A DNA stretch of 64,000 nt from Candidatus Limnocylindrales bacterium (lineage in GTDB: Bacteria; Chloroflexota; Limnocylindria; Limnocylindrales; CSP1-4): contig JBBRXB010000002.1 of assembly GCA_038248915.1 (NCBI GenBank), positions 128,622-192,621 on the forward strand. Direction: 5' to 3'. Positions 26,826 to 35,507 of this stretch are shown here, piece by piece. Both the position numbers and the translations under genes were made by a program. Every line of letters begins with the position of its first letter. The stretch's first letter is position 1. The notes beneath the pieces were generated by a model. It worked only from the letters and a program-made list of their open reading frames with translations. It ran no database searches and was not told the DNA's origin.

Positions 26826-27040
26826 GACGATTCCGGGTCATCCCACCCCGGCGGAGGGCCCATCCGCCCGTCCGCACCTCACCACACCGGTCAGGGCATC
26901 GTTGCTCGCCCGCACCGAACGGTCCTTCCTGGTCCTCCGGACGGCGGTGCGCCCCCGGACCCCCGTACCATTGCTCACCTCCCCCCCGGCCGACATCCTC
27001 GCTGTGGCATCGGGCGTCGCCCGAGTCCGGGAGGCTATGC

Positions 27041-28633
27041 GTGCTCGTCGGCAATCATCGAAGCGCCATCCACGCGGGCTGGTCGTGGCTGAGGGTCGGC
27101 GCGGCAGCCGCGCTCCTGCTTGCCGCGTTCGCCGGGCCGATGGCGGCAGCCTCCTCGAAGACGAGCCTCACCGACGCCGTCGTCTCGCCCCGAACCGGGA
27201 CGACGGCGACCACGATCCAGATCAGCGTCGTCTACCACAACGTCAACGGCTCGCATTCCGAGAAGGTCGCCGCCAAGGTCGGATCGGTCGACCACGCGAT
27301 GACGCGGGTCAACGGTGATTGGGGACACGGCGTGACCTTCAGCTGGTCAGGGACGTTGCCGGCAGGAACGCACGCGGTGGTCATCGCGACGACGGCCAAG
27401 GACGGGACCCAGGCCACGCTCGCCGCCGGCACGGTCATCATCGGTCCGGTCGCCACGCCGACTCCCAAGCCGACGCCGACACCGAAGCCGACACCGAAAC
27501 CGACCCCCAGGCCGACGGCCGAACCGACGCCCAGGCCGACCCCGAAACCGACGGCAGTACCGACCGCCAAGCCGACCGCCAAGCCGACCGCGCGCCCGGC
27601 CGCGACGCCGCTCGCGACCGCGACGCCATCCGCCACTGCGACCCCGACCGTCACTCCGGGCCGGACCGTCGGGCCGGACGGCCTGCCGTTCGACGGGCCG
27701 ACCGCGTCACCCAGCCCGGCCCCGACGGCGACCCTCATCACGCCATCGGCAGCACCGTCCGACGCGCCGAGCGCATCGCCGCCGCCCATCGCGATCCTCG
27801 GCACCACGGGTACGACCGGCTCGCCCGGCGGACCGCGTCCGACCGGGGCGGGCGGCGATCGCGGCCACGCCGACCCGAGAGGTCCCGTCGCCAGCATCCT
27901 GGCCATGGCCGGCATCCAGGGCCCGACCTTCCCCGCCTTCAGCCTGGCGCCGACGCTCGTCACGACGACCGGCGTCGTGGCCACCGCCATGGCGTTCGGT
28001 CTGTTCGGGCGCCGCCGACGCGAAGACGAGCCCGACGAGGAGCTGGCGGTCGCTGCGGCGACCGGTGTCGGCATCGCCACGGCTGGCGCGCCATTCCCGC
28101 CGTCCGCCATCGGCACGGCCCTCGGCCCGCGGCCCGGGGCGCTCGCCGACGGCGGGGAGCCCGAAGTCGTCGACATGGAGTCGCTCATGCCACGCTGGCG
28201 GCGACCGTCGCTCCTCCAGGCTCGCAAGGCGGATCCGATCCGCGACAACACACCGGCACCGCGCCTCACGTTCGACCATGGTCTCGTCGGACCGTTGGCC
28301 GGCCGCGAACGGCGGGTCATCCGCTACCGGGTCGTCCGACTGCTGGACTCTCCCGACGAGCTGCGCGGCTCCGAGATCGGCTACCTCGACCAGGGCGACG
28401 AGGTCCAGCTGCTCGAGAAGTACGGCGCCTACCGGCTCGTGGTGAGCCCGGACGGCCAGCAGGGCTGGCTCCACAAGATGACCCTCAGCGACACCATCGA
28501 GGCCGACGAGCCGGCCACGGACGTCCCGGTCGCCACTATGCCGGCAACCCCCGAGACGTGGACGATGGGCGAATCTGACACCGACAGCGACGTCTTCGAG
28601 GCCTACCTTGAATCCCGCCGGCGACGCGGCTGA
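27041..28633 (+). CDS. Single-pass membrane protein: signal peptide, Ig-like ectodomain, Pro/Thr-rich linker, TM helix, cytoplasmic SH3-like domain
   Basis: 530 aa. The N-terminal signal-like segment [23 protein letters not shown] is followed by a beta-rich 100 aa, about 50 aa of (P-T-P-K/R/A) repeats and a Ser/Pro/Ala-rich region. A TM helix ([18 protein letters not shown]) is followed by RRRRED. The C-terminal [55 protein letters not shown] is SH3_3-like. Confidence 0.75.
   Translation: MLVGNHRSAIHAGWSWLRVGAAAALLLAAFAGPMAAASSKTSLTDAVVSPRTGTTATTIQISVVYHNVNGSHSEKVAAKVGSVDHAMTRVNGDWGHGVTFSWSGTLPAGTHAVVIATTAKDGTQATLAAGTVIIGPVATPTPKPTPTPKPTPKPTPRPTAEPTPRPTPKPTAVPTAKPTAKPTARPAATPLATATPSATATPTVTPGRTVGPDGLPFDGPTASPSPAPTATLITPSAAPSDAPSASPPPIAILGTTGTTGSPGGPRPTGAGGDRGHADPRGPVASILAMAGIQGPTFPAFSLAPTLVTTTGVVATAMAFGLFGRRRREDEPDEELAVAAATGVGIATAGAPFPPSAIGTALGPRPGALADGGEPEVVDMESLMPRWRRPSLLQARKADPIRDNTPAPRLTFDHGLVGPLAGRERRVIRYRVVRLLDSPDELRGSEIGYLDQGDEVQLLEKYGAYRLVVSPDGQQGWLHKMTLSDTIEADEPATDVPVATMPATPETWTMGESDTDSDVFEAYLESRRRRG
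27452..27612 (+). repeat. Imperfect tandem 12/18-nt repeats encoding the PT-rich linker ([53 protein letters not shown])
   Basis: Direct reading shows reiterated ccgac(g/c)cc(g/c)aagccgac units inside the 27041..28633 CDS. Confidence 0.8.
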
Positions 28634-29547
28634 CGGGACCGCTCCTTGCGCAGGACCAGCACGTGCTGGTGGACGATGTTGGGGACGAACGCGCGGGGAT
28701 AGCCATACGGCCGGAGGCGGGTGCCGGCCTGGTACCAGATGAGATCACCCTTCGGGACGAAGCCCACGGCGGCCGCTCGGGCCGCCAGGTCGGAGCCGGT
28801 GAACAGATAGCGGCCGTCCTGGTAGGCGTCTCGGACGATGACCACCGCGTAGCGGTCCTCGCGCAGGACGCGCAGCAACTCGCCGAAGACGACCTCCATC
28901 TGGTCGAGGTAGGCCGGGTAGTCCGCCGCGTTCGCGAGGTCGAGCGGTGAATCGGTGACCATGGCGTAGTCGGTCCGGCGGTTCGCGTGCCCGACGGCCA
29001 GGGCGCCGCCGGCCATCGTCATCGGCAGCTGCAGGTTGTACGGCGGGTCCGTGGCGATATGGTCGATCGAGCCGGTCTCGATCGTCGGCAGGACGGCCAG
29101 GGCGTCCCCCACCCACAACTCGAGCCCGGACGGGTCGAACCCACGGACGCCGCCTGGATCGGCCGTGCCGAGGTCGGCCAGCTCCGGACCGGCGCCGTCG
29201 CGCTCGGCCGACAGGTTGCGCACGACCGTCTCGAAGATCGTCGCCCAGCGCGGCTCCAACTCGATCCCGATCGCTCGCCGTGGCCCGCGCGCGATGGCCG
29301 CTCCCAGGAGCGTGCCGCCGACCCCGGCGAACGGATCCAGCACCAACTCACCAGTCTGGCTGAAGAACTCGATCAGCCGGGCCATCAGGCGCGGTGGCTT
29401 GTTGGCGCCGTGGGCGCGCCGCGTGGCGTGACCGAGCTCCGACGGGTAGGCCGTCGTCAGCAGCGACTTCGTGAAATACAGCCATTCCTCGCCCGGCAGG
29501 TCGTTGAGCGTGTTGGCCGGATGGGGCGCGTTCCGTTCGACGGTCAT
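28603..29547 (-). CDS. DNA methyltransferase (N6-adenine/N4-cytosine family, DPPY type), no adjacent restriction enzyme
   Basis: This is the C-terminal 314 aa of track ORF 28603..30894, starting at ATG 29547 ([14 protein letters not shown]). The AdoMet motif [33 protein letters not shown] lies at about aa 70-105. The catalytic [10 protein letters not shown] lies at about aa 175. It overlaps the convergent upstream gene by 31 nt. Confidence 0.85.
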   Translation of the reverse strand: MTVERNAPHPANTLNDLPGEEWLYFTKSLLTTAYPSELGHATRRAHGANKPPRLMARLIEFFSQTGELVLDPFAGVGGTLLGAAIARGPRRAIGIELEPRWATIFETVVRNLSAERDGAGPELADLGTADPGGVRGFDPSGLELWVGDALAVLPTIETGSIDHIATDPPYNLQLPMTMAGGALAVGHANRRTDYAMVTDSPLDLANAADYPAYLDQMEVVFGELLRVLREDRYAVVIVRDAYQDGRYLFTGSDLAARAAAVGFVPKGDLIWYQAGTRLRPYGYPRAFVPNIVHQHVLVLRKERSRQPRRRRDSR

Positions 29548-29586
29548 GGTGGCCAGCCTAGCCGACGCGGCCCGTAGAATGCCGCC

Positions 29587-32500
29587 ATGCCCGCCAGGTA
29601 TACGAGCGAGCACTTCGTTGGCCGCGATGAGGCGTTCGAGCGCCTCGCGGCGCGGCTCGACGACGCCGCTGGCGGGCGGTCGCGGACGATGATCGTGACG
29701 GGCACCTCCGGGATCGGCGTGACCCGCTTCCTCGACGAGGCCACAGTCCGGATGCGGGCGCTGACCCAGCCGATGACGGTCCTGCGGGCGACCGCCTGGG
29801 TCGGCGGCGTGGACGAGCCGTACGGGCCGATCGTCCGGGCCATCGGGCCGGCTCTCCGGGCACTGCCCGTGGACGTCCTCTCCGACCGGGTCGGGTCGGG
29901 CGCCTCGGAGGTGGTCCGGCTGGTGCCGGATCTCGGCGACCGCCTGGCCGACCGCGGGGCGTGGACGCCGGACCGCAGCCCGACCGCCCCGGAACGCCGC
30001 CAGGCTCGGACGCTCGAGGGCGTGCTGGGATTGCTGGGCCGGCTCGGCCGGGACAGCCCGGTCCTGCTGGTCGTCGAGGATCTCCATCGGGCCGATGCCG
30101 CGACGCGCGCGCTGGTCACGTTCCTGGCCCGCATCTCGCGCGACCAGCGGCTGGCCATCATCGGCACGTACCAACCCGATGTGGTGGGCCGAGACGACCC
30201 GTGGCTGGCCGACCTGGCGGCGATCTCGACGAGCCCCCGGCCGCCCACCCGGCTCGATCTGCTGCCGCTCGACCGCGACGAGCTGGCAGCGCTCATCGAG
30301 GGCATCCAGGGCGAGCGGGCATCGGCCAGCCTGCTGCTGCTCGTGTCCGAGCGGTCGGGCGGACTCCCGCTCGTCGCCGAGGAGCTGCTGGCGGCCCGGC
30401 GCGAGCTGCCGAGCGGGTCGCTGACGGGCTCGTTCGACGACCTCGTCGTGGCACGGATGGGCACCCGCTCGGTCGAATGCCGTCGCGTCGCGCGGCTCGT
30501 CGCCCTCGCCGAGCGGCCGATCAGCCGGGTCCAGCTGGCGGCGGTCGCGGCGGCCTACGAGGTCGGCACCGACCGGTCGGCGCCGCGCTCTGTGAGCGGA
30601 CCGCGGGCCGGTGACGGCGTCCTCGACGCGGACCTGCTGGCCGGACTCGAGGAGGCGGTCGCGACCGGGTTCGTCGTGGAGACTGCCGAAGGCATCGCGG
30701 TCCGGCACGAGGGCATCGGACGGGCTATCGCGCGCGACCTGCTGCCGTCGGCCCGGACGCGCAACCATGCCGCGCTGGCGATGAGCCTCGACGGTCCACC
30801 CTCGGCCATCGTCAGTCACTGGCTGGCCGCCCACGAACCGGCGGCCGCCCGGATGGCCGCCATCGATGCCGCGGCATTCGCCCGCGTCCGCCACGCGGCG
30901 GCGGACGAGCTGATCTCGCTGGAGCTCGCCCTGTCACTCCCGGTGTCCGGTCCGTGGGCCGGCTCGAACGACCACCGGCCCGCCGCCCCGTCCGATCTCG
31001 TCGACCTGCAGGTGCGGGCCTCGGAGGCCGCCTTTGCGACCGGCCGGACGTCGCGGGCGACGAGCTATCTCGAGGCGGCGATCGCCGCTCTGGACCCTCG
31101 TCGTGACCGGGTCCGGCTGGGCCTCCTGCACGAACGGCTCGGCGTCATCCGGCGAGCGGCCGGCGATCCGGCCGGGGCGATGCTCGCTGCACGCCGCGCG
31201 GTCGAGCTCGTGCCCCGCGACGTCTCCCCCGAGCGGGCGACCGCGCTCGCGACGCTGGCCCAGCTGAAGATGCTGGACGGGATCTTCTCCGATGCGCAGC
31301 GGCTCGCCCGGGAGGCGATCCGGGTGGCGCGGGCGTGTGTGCCACCAGCCAGGAGCCAGGACGTTCATGCGACCACGACGCTGGCGGTCGCCCTGGCCTG
31401 GGGCAGCGATCCGAATGCCGCCATCGATCTCCTCCATGAGGCTGAGCTGGCGGCCATCGAGCTGGACGACGCGGACGCGCTCTTCCGGATCCGGGCCAAT
31501 CTGACCACCGTGCTCGACCTCGTCGGCCAGCGGACCGAAGCCGTGGACGTCGCCTATGCCGCGATCGAGGACGCCAAGCGCGTCGGGCTCGAGGCGGTCT
31601 ATGGCAACTTCCTGGCTGGCAACGTGGCCGATTCGCTGTTCCTGCTTGGCCGCTGGCCTGAAGCCCGGGCGATGAGCCTGCGGGCGATGAGCTGGCTGAC
31701 CGTCGGGGTCGTCTACATCGAAGCGGTCCTCGTGCTGGCCGCCGTGGAGATCGAGACAAGCGCCGGCGAGGAGGCGTCCCGTCTGCTCGGTCAGACCGTG
31801 CTCGAGCTGGCGGCCGTGCGCGAGCCACAGCTGGCCGGCCCGTACTACCTGGCGGCGGCGTCGTTCGCACTGTGGCGCGGTGACGTCAGCGATGCCAGCC
31901 GGTCCGTCGATCGCGGCTGGGCGAGCGTCCGCGAGACCGAGGAATGGGTGCTCGTGGCGCGGATGGCGGCGATGGTCGCCCAGGTCGACGCCGCGAGGGC
32001 CGCCGAGGCTCGCCACCACCGCCAGCTCGCGCCGCTGGCGAGCGCGCGGCAGCGGACCGGCGAGGTCGTGGCGGCTGCGACGCAGCTCGTCCGAGCCAGC
32101 GGCGCGCCACCGACCGCTGGCTCGCGCCGCGTGGCGGAGGCATCATTGGCCACCGCGCGGGCGTACCAGCGGCGTCTGGAGGGCAACGACGACGGCGCCG
32201 CGTGGCGGGCTGTGGCGGAGACGTGGGAGATCCTGTCAGCGCCGTACGACGTCGCGCTCGCTCGATGGCGTCAGGCCGAGGCACACCTGGCCAGCGGCAC
32301 CGGCCGGTCCGGTCGCTCGCAGGCTCAGGCGCCGCTGCTGGCGTCGGTGGAGCTGGCCGTCGGGCTGGCGGCCAAGCCGCTGCTGCGGGAGCTCCGCGAG
32401 CTGGCCGGACGGGCCCGGATCACCCTGCCCGACGCGGTCGATGCCATCCTGGCCGGCGAACTCGCCGCGGCTGTCGGCATCGCCATCGATGCCAGCGGGG

Positions 32501-32802
32501 CGACCGCCGGACAACTCATGGCGACGAACGGCACGACGCGTTCGGACCTGGTCCGGGCGGTCGCCGGGGACCCACCCGTGTCACCTCGCCGACACCACAC
32601 GTTCGGGCTCAGCAGTCGGGAGCGCGAGGTCCTCGCGCTGGTCGCGCAGGGACGGACGAACCGCGAGATCGGGGAGCGGCTGTTCATCAGTCAGAAGACG
32701 GTCGGCGTCCACGTCGGCAACATCCTGTCCAAGCTGGAGGTCTCCGGCCGGGTCGAGGCGGCGGCGGTCGCCATCCGCCTCGGGCTGACCGAACGTCACT
32801 GA
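29587..32802 (+). CDS. LAL-type (large ATP-binding LuxR family) transcriptional regulator
   Basis: 1071 aa. The N-terminal AAA/STAND-like module has FVGRDEAFERL, a P-loop-like GTSGIGVTRF and Walker B LLVVEDLHRAD. A long helical-repeat middle follows. The C-terminal LuxR HTH reads LSSREREVLALVAQGRTNREIGERLFISQKTVGVHVGNILSKLEV. Confidence 0.85.
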   Translation: MPARYTSEHFVGRDEAFERLAARLDDAAGGRSRTMIVTGTSGIGVTRFLDEATVRMRALTQPMTVLRATAWVGGVDEPYGPIVRAIGPALRALPVDVLSDRVGSGASEVVRLVPDLGDRLADRGAWTPDRSPTAPERRQARTLEGVLGLLGRLGRDSPVLLVVEDLHRADAATRALVTFLARISRDQRLAIIGTYQPDVVGRDDPWLADLAAISTSPRPPTRLDLLPLDRDELAALIEGIQGERASASLLLLVSERSGGLPLVAEELLAARRELPSGSLTGSFDDLVVARMGTRSVECRRVARLVALAERPISRVQLAAVAAAYEVGTDRSAPRSVSGPRAGDGVLDADLLAGLEEAVATGFVVETAEGIAVRHEGIGRAIARDLLPSARTRNHAALAMSLDGPPSAIVSHWLAAHEPAAARMAAIDAAAFARVRHAAADELISLELALSLPVSGPWAGSNDHRPAAPSDLVDLQVRASEAAFATGRTSRATSYLEAAIAALDPRRDRVRLGLLHERLGVIRRAAGDPAGAMLAARRAVELVPRDVSPERATALATLAQLKMLDGIFSDAQRLAREAIRVARACVPPARSQDVHATTTLAVALAWGSDPNAAIDLLHEAELAAIELDDADALFRIRANLTTVLDLVGQRTEAVDVAYAAIEDAKRVGLEAVYGNFLAGNVADSLFLLGRWPEARAMSLRAMSWLTVGVVYIEAVLVLAAVEIETSAGEEASRLLGQTVLELAAVREPQLAGPYYLAAASFALWRGDVSDASRSVDRGWASVRETEEWVLVARMAAMVAQVDAARAAEARHHRQLAPLASARQRTGEVVAAATQLVRASGAPPTAGSRRVAEASLATARAYQRRLEGNDDGAAWRAVAETWEILSAPYDVALARWRQAEAHLASGTGRSGRSQAQAPLLASVELAVGLAAKPLLRELRELAGRARITLPDAVDAILAGELAAAVGIAIDASGATAGQLMATNGTTRSDLVRAVAGDPPVSPRRHHTFGLSSREREVLALVAQGRTNREIGERLFISQKTVGVHVGNILSKLEVSGRVEAAAVAIRLGLTERH

Positions 32803-32819
32803 CCCCCGGATACGCCGCG

Positions 32820-32845
32820 AAACCCGGAGGGAGGTCTCCGGGTTT
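32820..32845. terminator. Perfect 10-bp hairpin between convergent genes (candidate terminator)
   Basis: AAACCCGGAG-GGAGGT-CTCCGGGTTT, 18 nt after the LuxR stop. The only T-run is the TTT inside the stem, so it is not a canonical U-tract terminator. Confidence 0.4.
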
Positions 32846-32908
32846 CGATCGGGGTCGCGGGTCACTCCGCCGGATGGGCTCCGGCAGGGCGGCGAGAAAC
32901 GATCTAGG

Positions 32909-33028
32909 TCAGCGCCACTTCATGCCGGCCGCGAGGCTCAGCGCGATGGCAACGAGCGGGCCGACGGTAACGGCGATCCGCCAGGTGCGGTGGGCAACGT
33001 CCTTGATCATGTCGCAGGCTCCGGTCAT
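32909..33028 (-). CDS. Candidate small membrane protein (39 aa), not in the ORF track
   Basis: My translation: MTGACDMIKDVAHRTWRIAVTVGPLVAIALSLAAGMKWR-stop(TGA). It has one clear hydrophobic helix flanked by basic residues. Internal alternative start at ATG 33010. No homology evidence. Confidence 0.3.
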   Translation of the reverse strand: MTGACDMIKDVAHRTWRIAVTVGPLVAIALSLAAGMKWR

Positions 33029-33265
33029 GTGAGAGATGAGTGCACACCCCAAGAAACGAGGTGGACGGCGAGCCTACGGTGAGGGTCTGCACTCCACAAC
33101 CGGGCCGATGGTACGGGGGCGGGATGACCCGTCAGTACCAGGACCTCACCGTCACTACCCCGGACCTCTCCGCACGAACCTCGCGACAGGAGGTCGCCGG
33201 GCGCGGTAGATTCGTGAAAGCACGAGAGTGGTGCGTCCTGACCCCACGAAAGGCCCTATCCGCCC

Positions 33266-33757
33266 ATGCGACACGTCCGCTTCCTGCCGGTCGCCATCCT
33301 GCTGGCGGCGTTCGTCGGTGCCTGCACGACGGCAAGCGCCGGCTGGACATACGCGCCCGCGCCGACCAAGACGGCTGCTGCGCCGAGCGCGGGGGCCTCG
33401 GCTGGCGCGTCAGGTGCCCCGAGCGCGGAAGCATCGGCTGGCGCGTCTGTCGCGCCGAGCGGCTCCGGCAACCTGACCGTCGTCGCCATCAGTGCGTTGA
33501 ACATCCAGTACGAGCAGGCCACCGTGACCGCCCCGGCCGGCGTCCCGTTCCAGATCCAGTTCGACAACAAGGATGCCGGCACCCCGCACAACGTCACCAT
33601 CCACCAGGGCGGCTCGACGGGCGCCGAGCTGTTCAAGGGCGCGATCTTCAACGGGGTCGAGACCCGGACCTACGACGTCCCGGCGCTCGACGCCGGCCAG
33701 TACGCGTTCGTGTGCACGGTCCATCCCACGATGATCGGGACGCTCAACGTAGAGTGA
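33266..33757 (+). CDS. Cupredoxin (amicyanin/pseudoazurin-like type-1 blue copper protein), lipoprotein
   Basis: 163 aa. Lipoprotein signal MRHVRFLPVAILLAAFVGAC, then a Ser/Ala/Gly linker. The cupredoxin core has ligand pattern GTPHNVTIH ... YAFVCTVHPTMIGTLNVE (His ... Cys-x2-His-x2-Met), very close to the amicyanin MPHNVHF ... YHCTPHPFMRGKVVVE as I recall it. Confidence 0.8.
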   Translation: MRHVRFLPVAILLAAFVGACTTASAGWTYAPAPTKTAAAPSAGASAGASGAPSAEASAGASVAPSGSGNLTVVAISALNIQYEQATVTAPAGVPFQIQFDNKDAGTPHNVTIHQGGSTGAELFKGAIFNGVETRTYDVPALDAGQYAFVCTVHPTMIGTLNVE

Positions 33758-33770
33758 TGGTCGGCCCGGC

Positions 33771-34517
33771 ATGACCCCGACCGGCGAGCAGCTCTGCTAC
33801 ACGGACGCCTATGCCCGGACCGCGCAGGCGCGCATCGCCTCGGTCGAGACTGGCGACTCGACGCTGGTCGTCCTCGACCGAACGGTCTTCTACCCGGGCG
33901 GTGGCGGTCAGCCCTCGGATCGGGGGCTGCTGATCCGGAGCGCGGACGGCCGGACGTGGACCGTTCGCGGAGCGCGCAAGGCCCACGGCGAGATCGTCCA
34001 CGAGCTCGAGCCAGGCGACGGCGACCCGCCGGCCGTCGGTGAGACCGTCCAGATCGACCTCGACTGGGCTCGTCGGCTGGCCCTGATGCGGACCCATACC
34101 GCGCTCCACGCCCTGTGCGGCGTCGTCTGGCGCGACTACGGCGCACTCGTGACGGGCGGCAACATGGAGCCGGGCGCGGGCCGGATGGACTTCGAGTTCG
34201 AACGGATGTCCGGCGACCTCGTGGACGCCATCGAGGCGACAGTCAACACGGAGCTGGCGGCTTCGCGCGACGTTCGGGTGGCGGTCCTGCCGCGCGAGGC
34301 GGCGTTCGCCATCCCGGACCTCATCCGGACCAGGGTCAACCTGCTCCCGGAGGGCATCGAGGAGATCCGCACGATCGAGATCGTCGGGCTCGACCTCCAG
34401 GCGGACGGCGGCACGCACGTCGCGAACACCCGAGAGGTCGGACAGATCCGCGTTCAGGGATACGAGTCGAAAGGGCGGATCAACAAGCGGATCCGGATCG
34501 CCGTGGTGGACCGATGA
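33771..34517 (+). CDS. alaX: Alanyl-tRNA editing protein AlaX-type (Ser/Gly-tRNA-Ala deacylase)
   Basis: 248 aa: DAYARTAQARIASVE...LDRTVFYPGGGGQPSDRG, then MRTHTALHAL (HxxxH zinc motif), then ADGGTHVANTREVG, which is the CxxxH position with Asp in place of Cys. Confidence 0.8.
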   Translation: MTPTGEQLCYTDAYARTAQARIASVETGDSTLVVLDRTVFYPGGGGQPSDRGLLIRSADGRTWTVRGARKAHGEIVHELEPGDGDPPAVGETVQIDLDWARRLALMRTHTALHALCGVVWRDYGALVTGGNMEPGAGRMDFEFERMSGDLVDAIEATVNTELAASRDVRVAVLPREAAFAIPDLIRTRVNLLPEGIEEIRTIEIVGLDLQADGGTHVANTREVGQIRVQGYESKGRINKRIRIAVVDR

Positions 34518-34578
34518 TCCTCGATCGCCGCCGACCGACGCCAAGGAGATCCGATCGTCATAGCGATCAGATCCGCGA

Positions 34579-35313
34579 TCATGGCGGGGGCACCCACCCG
34601 GTCGCCCCCACGGCCAGCAGGTAACCACCCCACAGAACCAGGGTCCCACCGATCATCTCGAGCGATTCCTCGATGTAGATCAGGACGATCGCGGGAGGCG
34701 AACCGAACTCGACGAAGTTCGCCAGGAAATCCACGCCGACGGCACCGATCAGCATCACCACGACGCCGGCGATCAGCCTCCTGAACCCCGCGGGCGGCCG
34801 TTGCAGGAACGGCCGGACAACGAGCGTCAAGACCCCGAACGAGACTGCGAACGGCACGCCGACGACCAGGAAGAAGAGGCCCGTCTGGGCCAACGACGTC
34901 CCAGTCCGTGTCCCGCCGGGCAGCAGGACATCGCTCTGGACGCCGATGAACTCGTGCAGCGACACCGTTTCGTCGATCGAGAATGCCAGACACAGCAGCG
35001 GCAGCAGCCAGAGGGCCCACGATCGCTTCCGGTCTCGGCTGACGATCCGGTCGGCGACGAGGAAGAGGAAGACCACCGATGGCAGCCACTGGGACGCCGA
35101 CCACCAGGTCGGCAGATTCGCCTCCCGGTCAAGGTCGAACAGGTGGGACAGCGTCGGTGACGGCTGACCCAGCACATGATCGGCCAGGTACGCCAAGCCG
35201 AGGCACGCGTCGACGAGGAGCGACGCCCAGATGAAACGTGGGACGCCACGCGGCCCGGTCGCTGCCAACCACCGGCCCATCACGCCGTTCTGGACGGCGC
35301 GGACGGATTGCAT
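34579..35313 (-). CDS. Integral membrane protein (about 6 TM), unknown function
   Basis: This is the C-terminal 244 aa of track ORF 34579..35541, starting at ATG 35313 (MQSVRAVQNGVMGRWLAATG; alternative GTG 35319). Multiple hydrophobic helices, e.g. FIWASLLVDACLGLAYLA, WALWLLPLLCLAFSI, GLFFLVVGVPFAVSFGVLTLVV. Confidence 0.65.
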   Translation of the reverse strand: MQSVRAVQNGVMGRWLAATGPRGVPRFIWASLLVDACLGLAYLADHVLGQPSPTLSHLFDLDREANLPTWWSASQWLPSVVFLFLVADRIVSRDRKRSWALWLLPLLCLAFSIDETVSLHEFIGVQSDVLLPGGTRTGTSLAQTGLFFLVVGVPFAVSFGVLTLVVRPFLQRPPAGFRRLIAGVVVMLIGAVGVDFLANFVEFGSPPAIVLIYIEESLEMIGGTLVLWGGYLLAVGATGWVPPP

Positions 35314-35507
35314 GCTCACCTCGCGCTGACCGGTGCACCAGTGCGAACGGGCGGGCCGGGGATCGATCGAGACTCTACTGGCGCGTTCCGACGATACTAT
35401 CGCCCGACACGGGCGCCCGCCGCGTGACACCCTCGGCCACAGCAAGGATCGGACGAGCGGCAGCGACGGCGCGCGCCGGCTGTCGGGCGTGTTGCGGGGA
35501 GGCGGCC

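Noticed and set aside
27452-27612. Tandem repeats as a CRISPR array or non-coding minisatellite
   Set aside because: The units are 12-18 nt, contiguous with no spacers, in frame, and translate to a PT-rich linker inside a long ORF.
28603-28633. Convergent 3' overlaps (31 nt here; 23 nt at 35995..36017) as antisense regulation
   Set aside because: Short convergent overlaps of low-complexity C-terminal tails are frequent in compact high-GC genomes. Nothing else supports a regulatory role.
28603-30894. 763-aa ORF suggesting a large methyltransferase fusion
   Set aside because: Only the last 314 aa, from [10 protein letters not shown] at 29547, look like a methyltransferase. The remainder is antisense to the LAL regulator gene.
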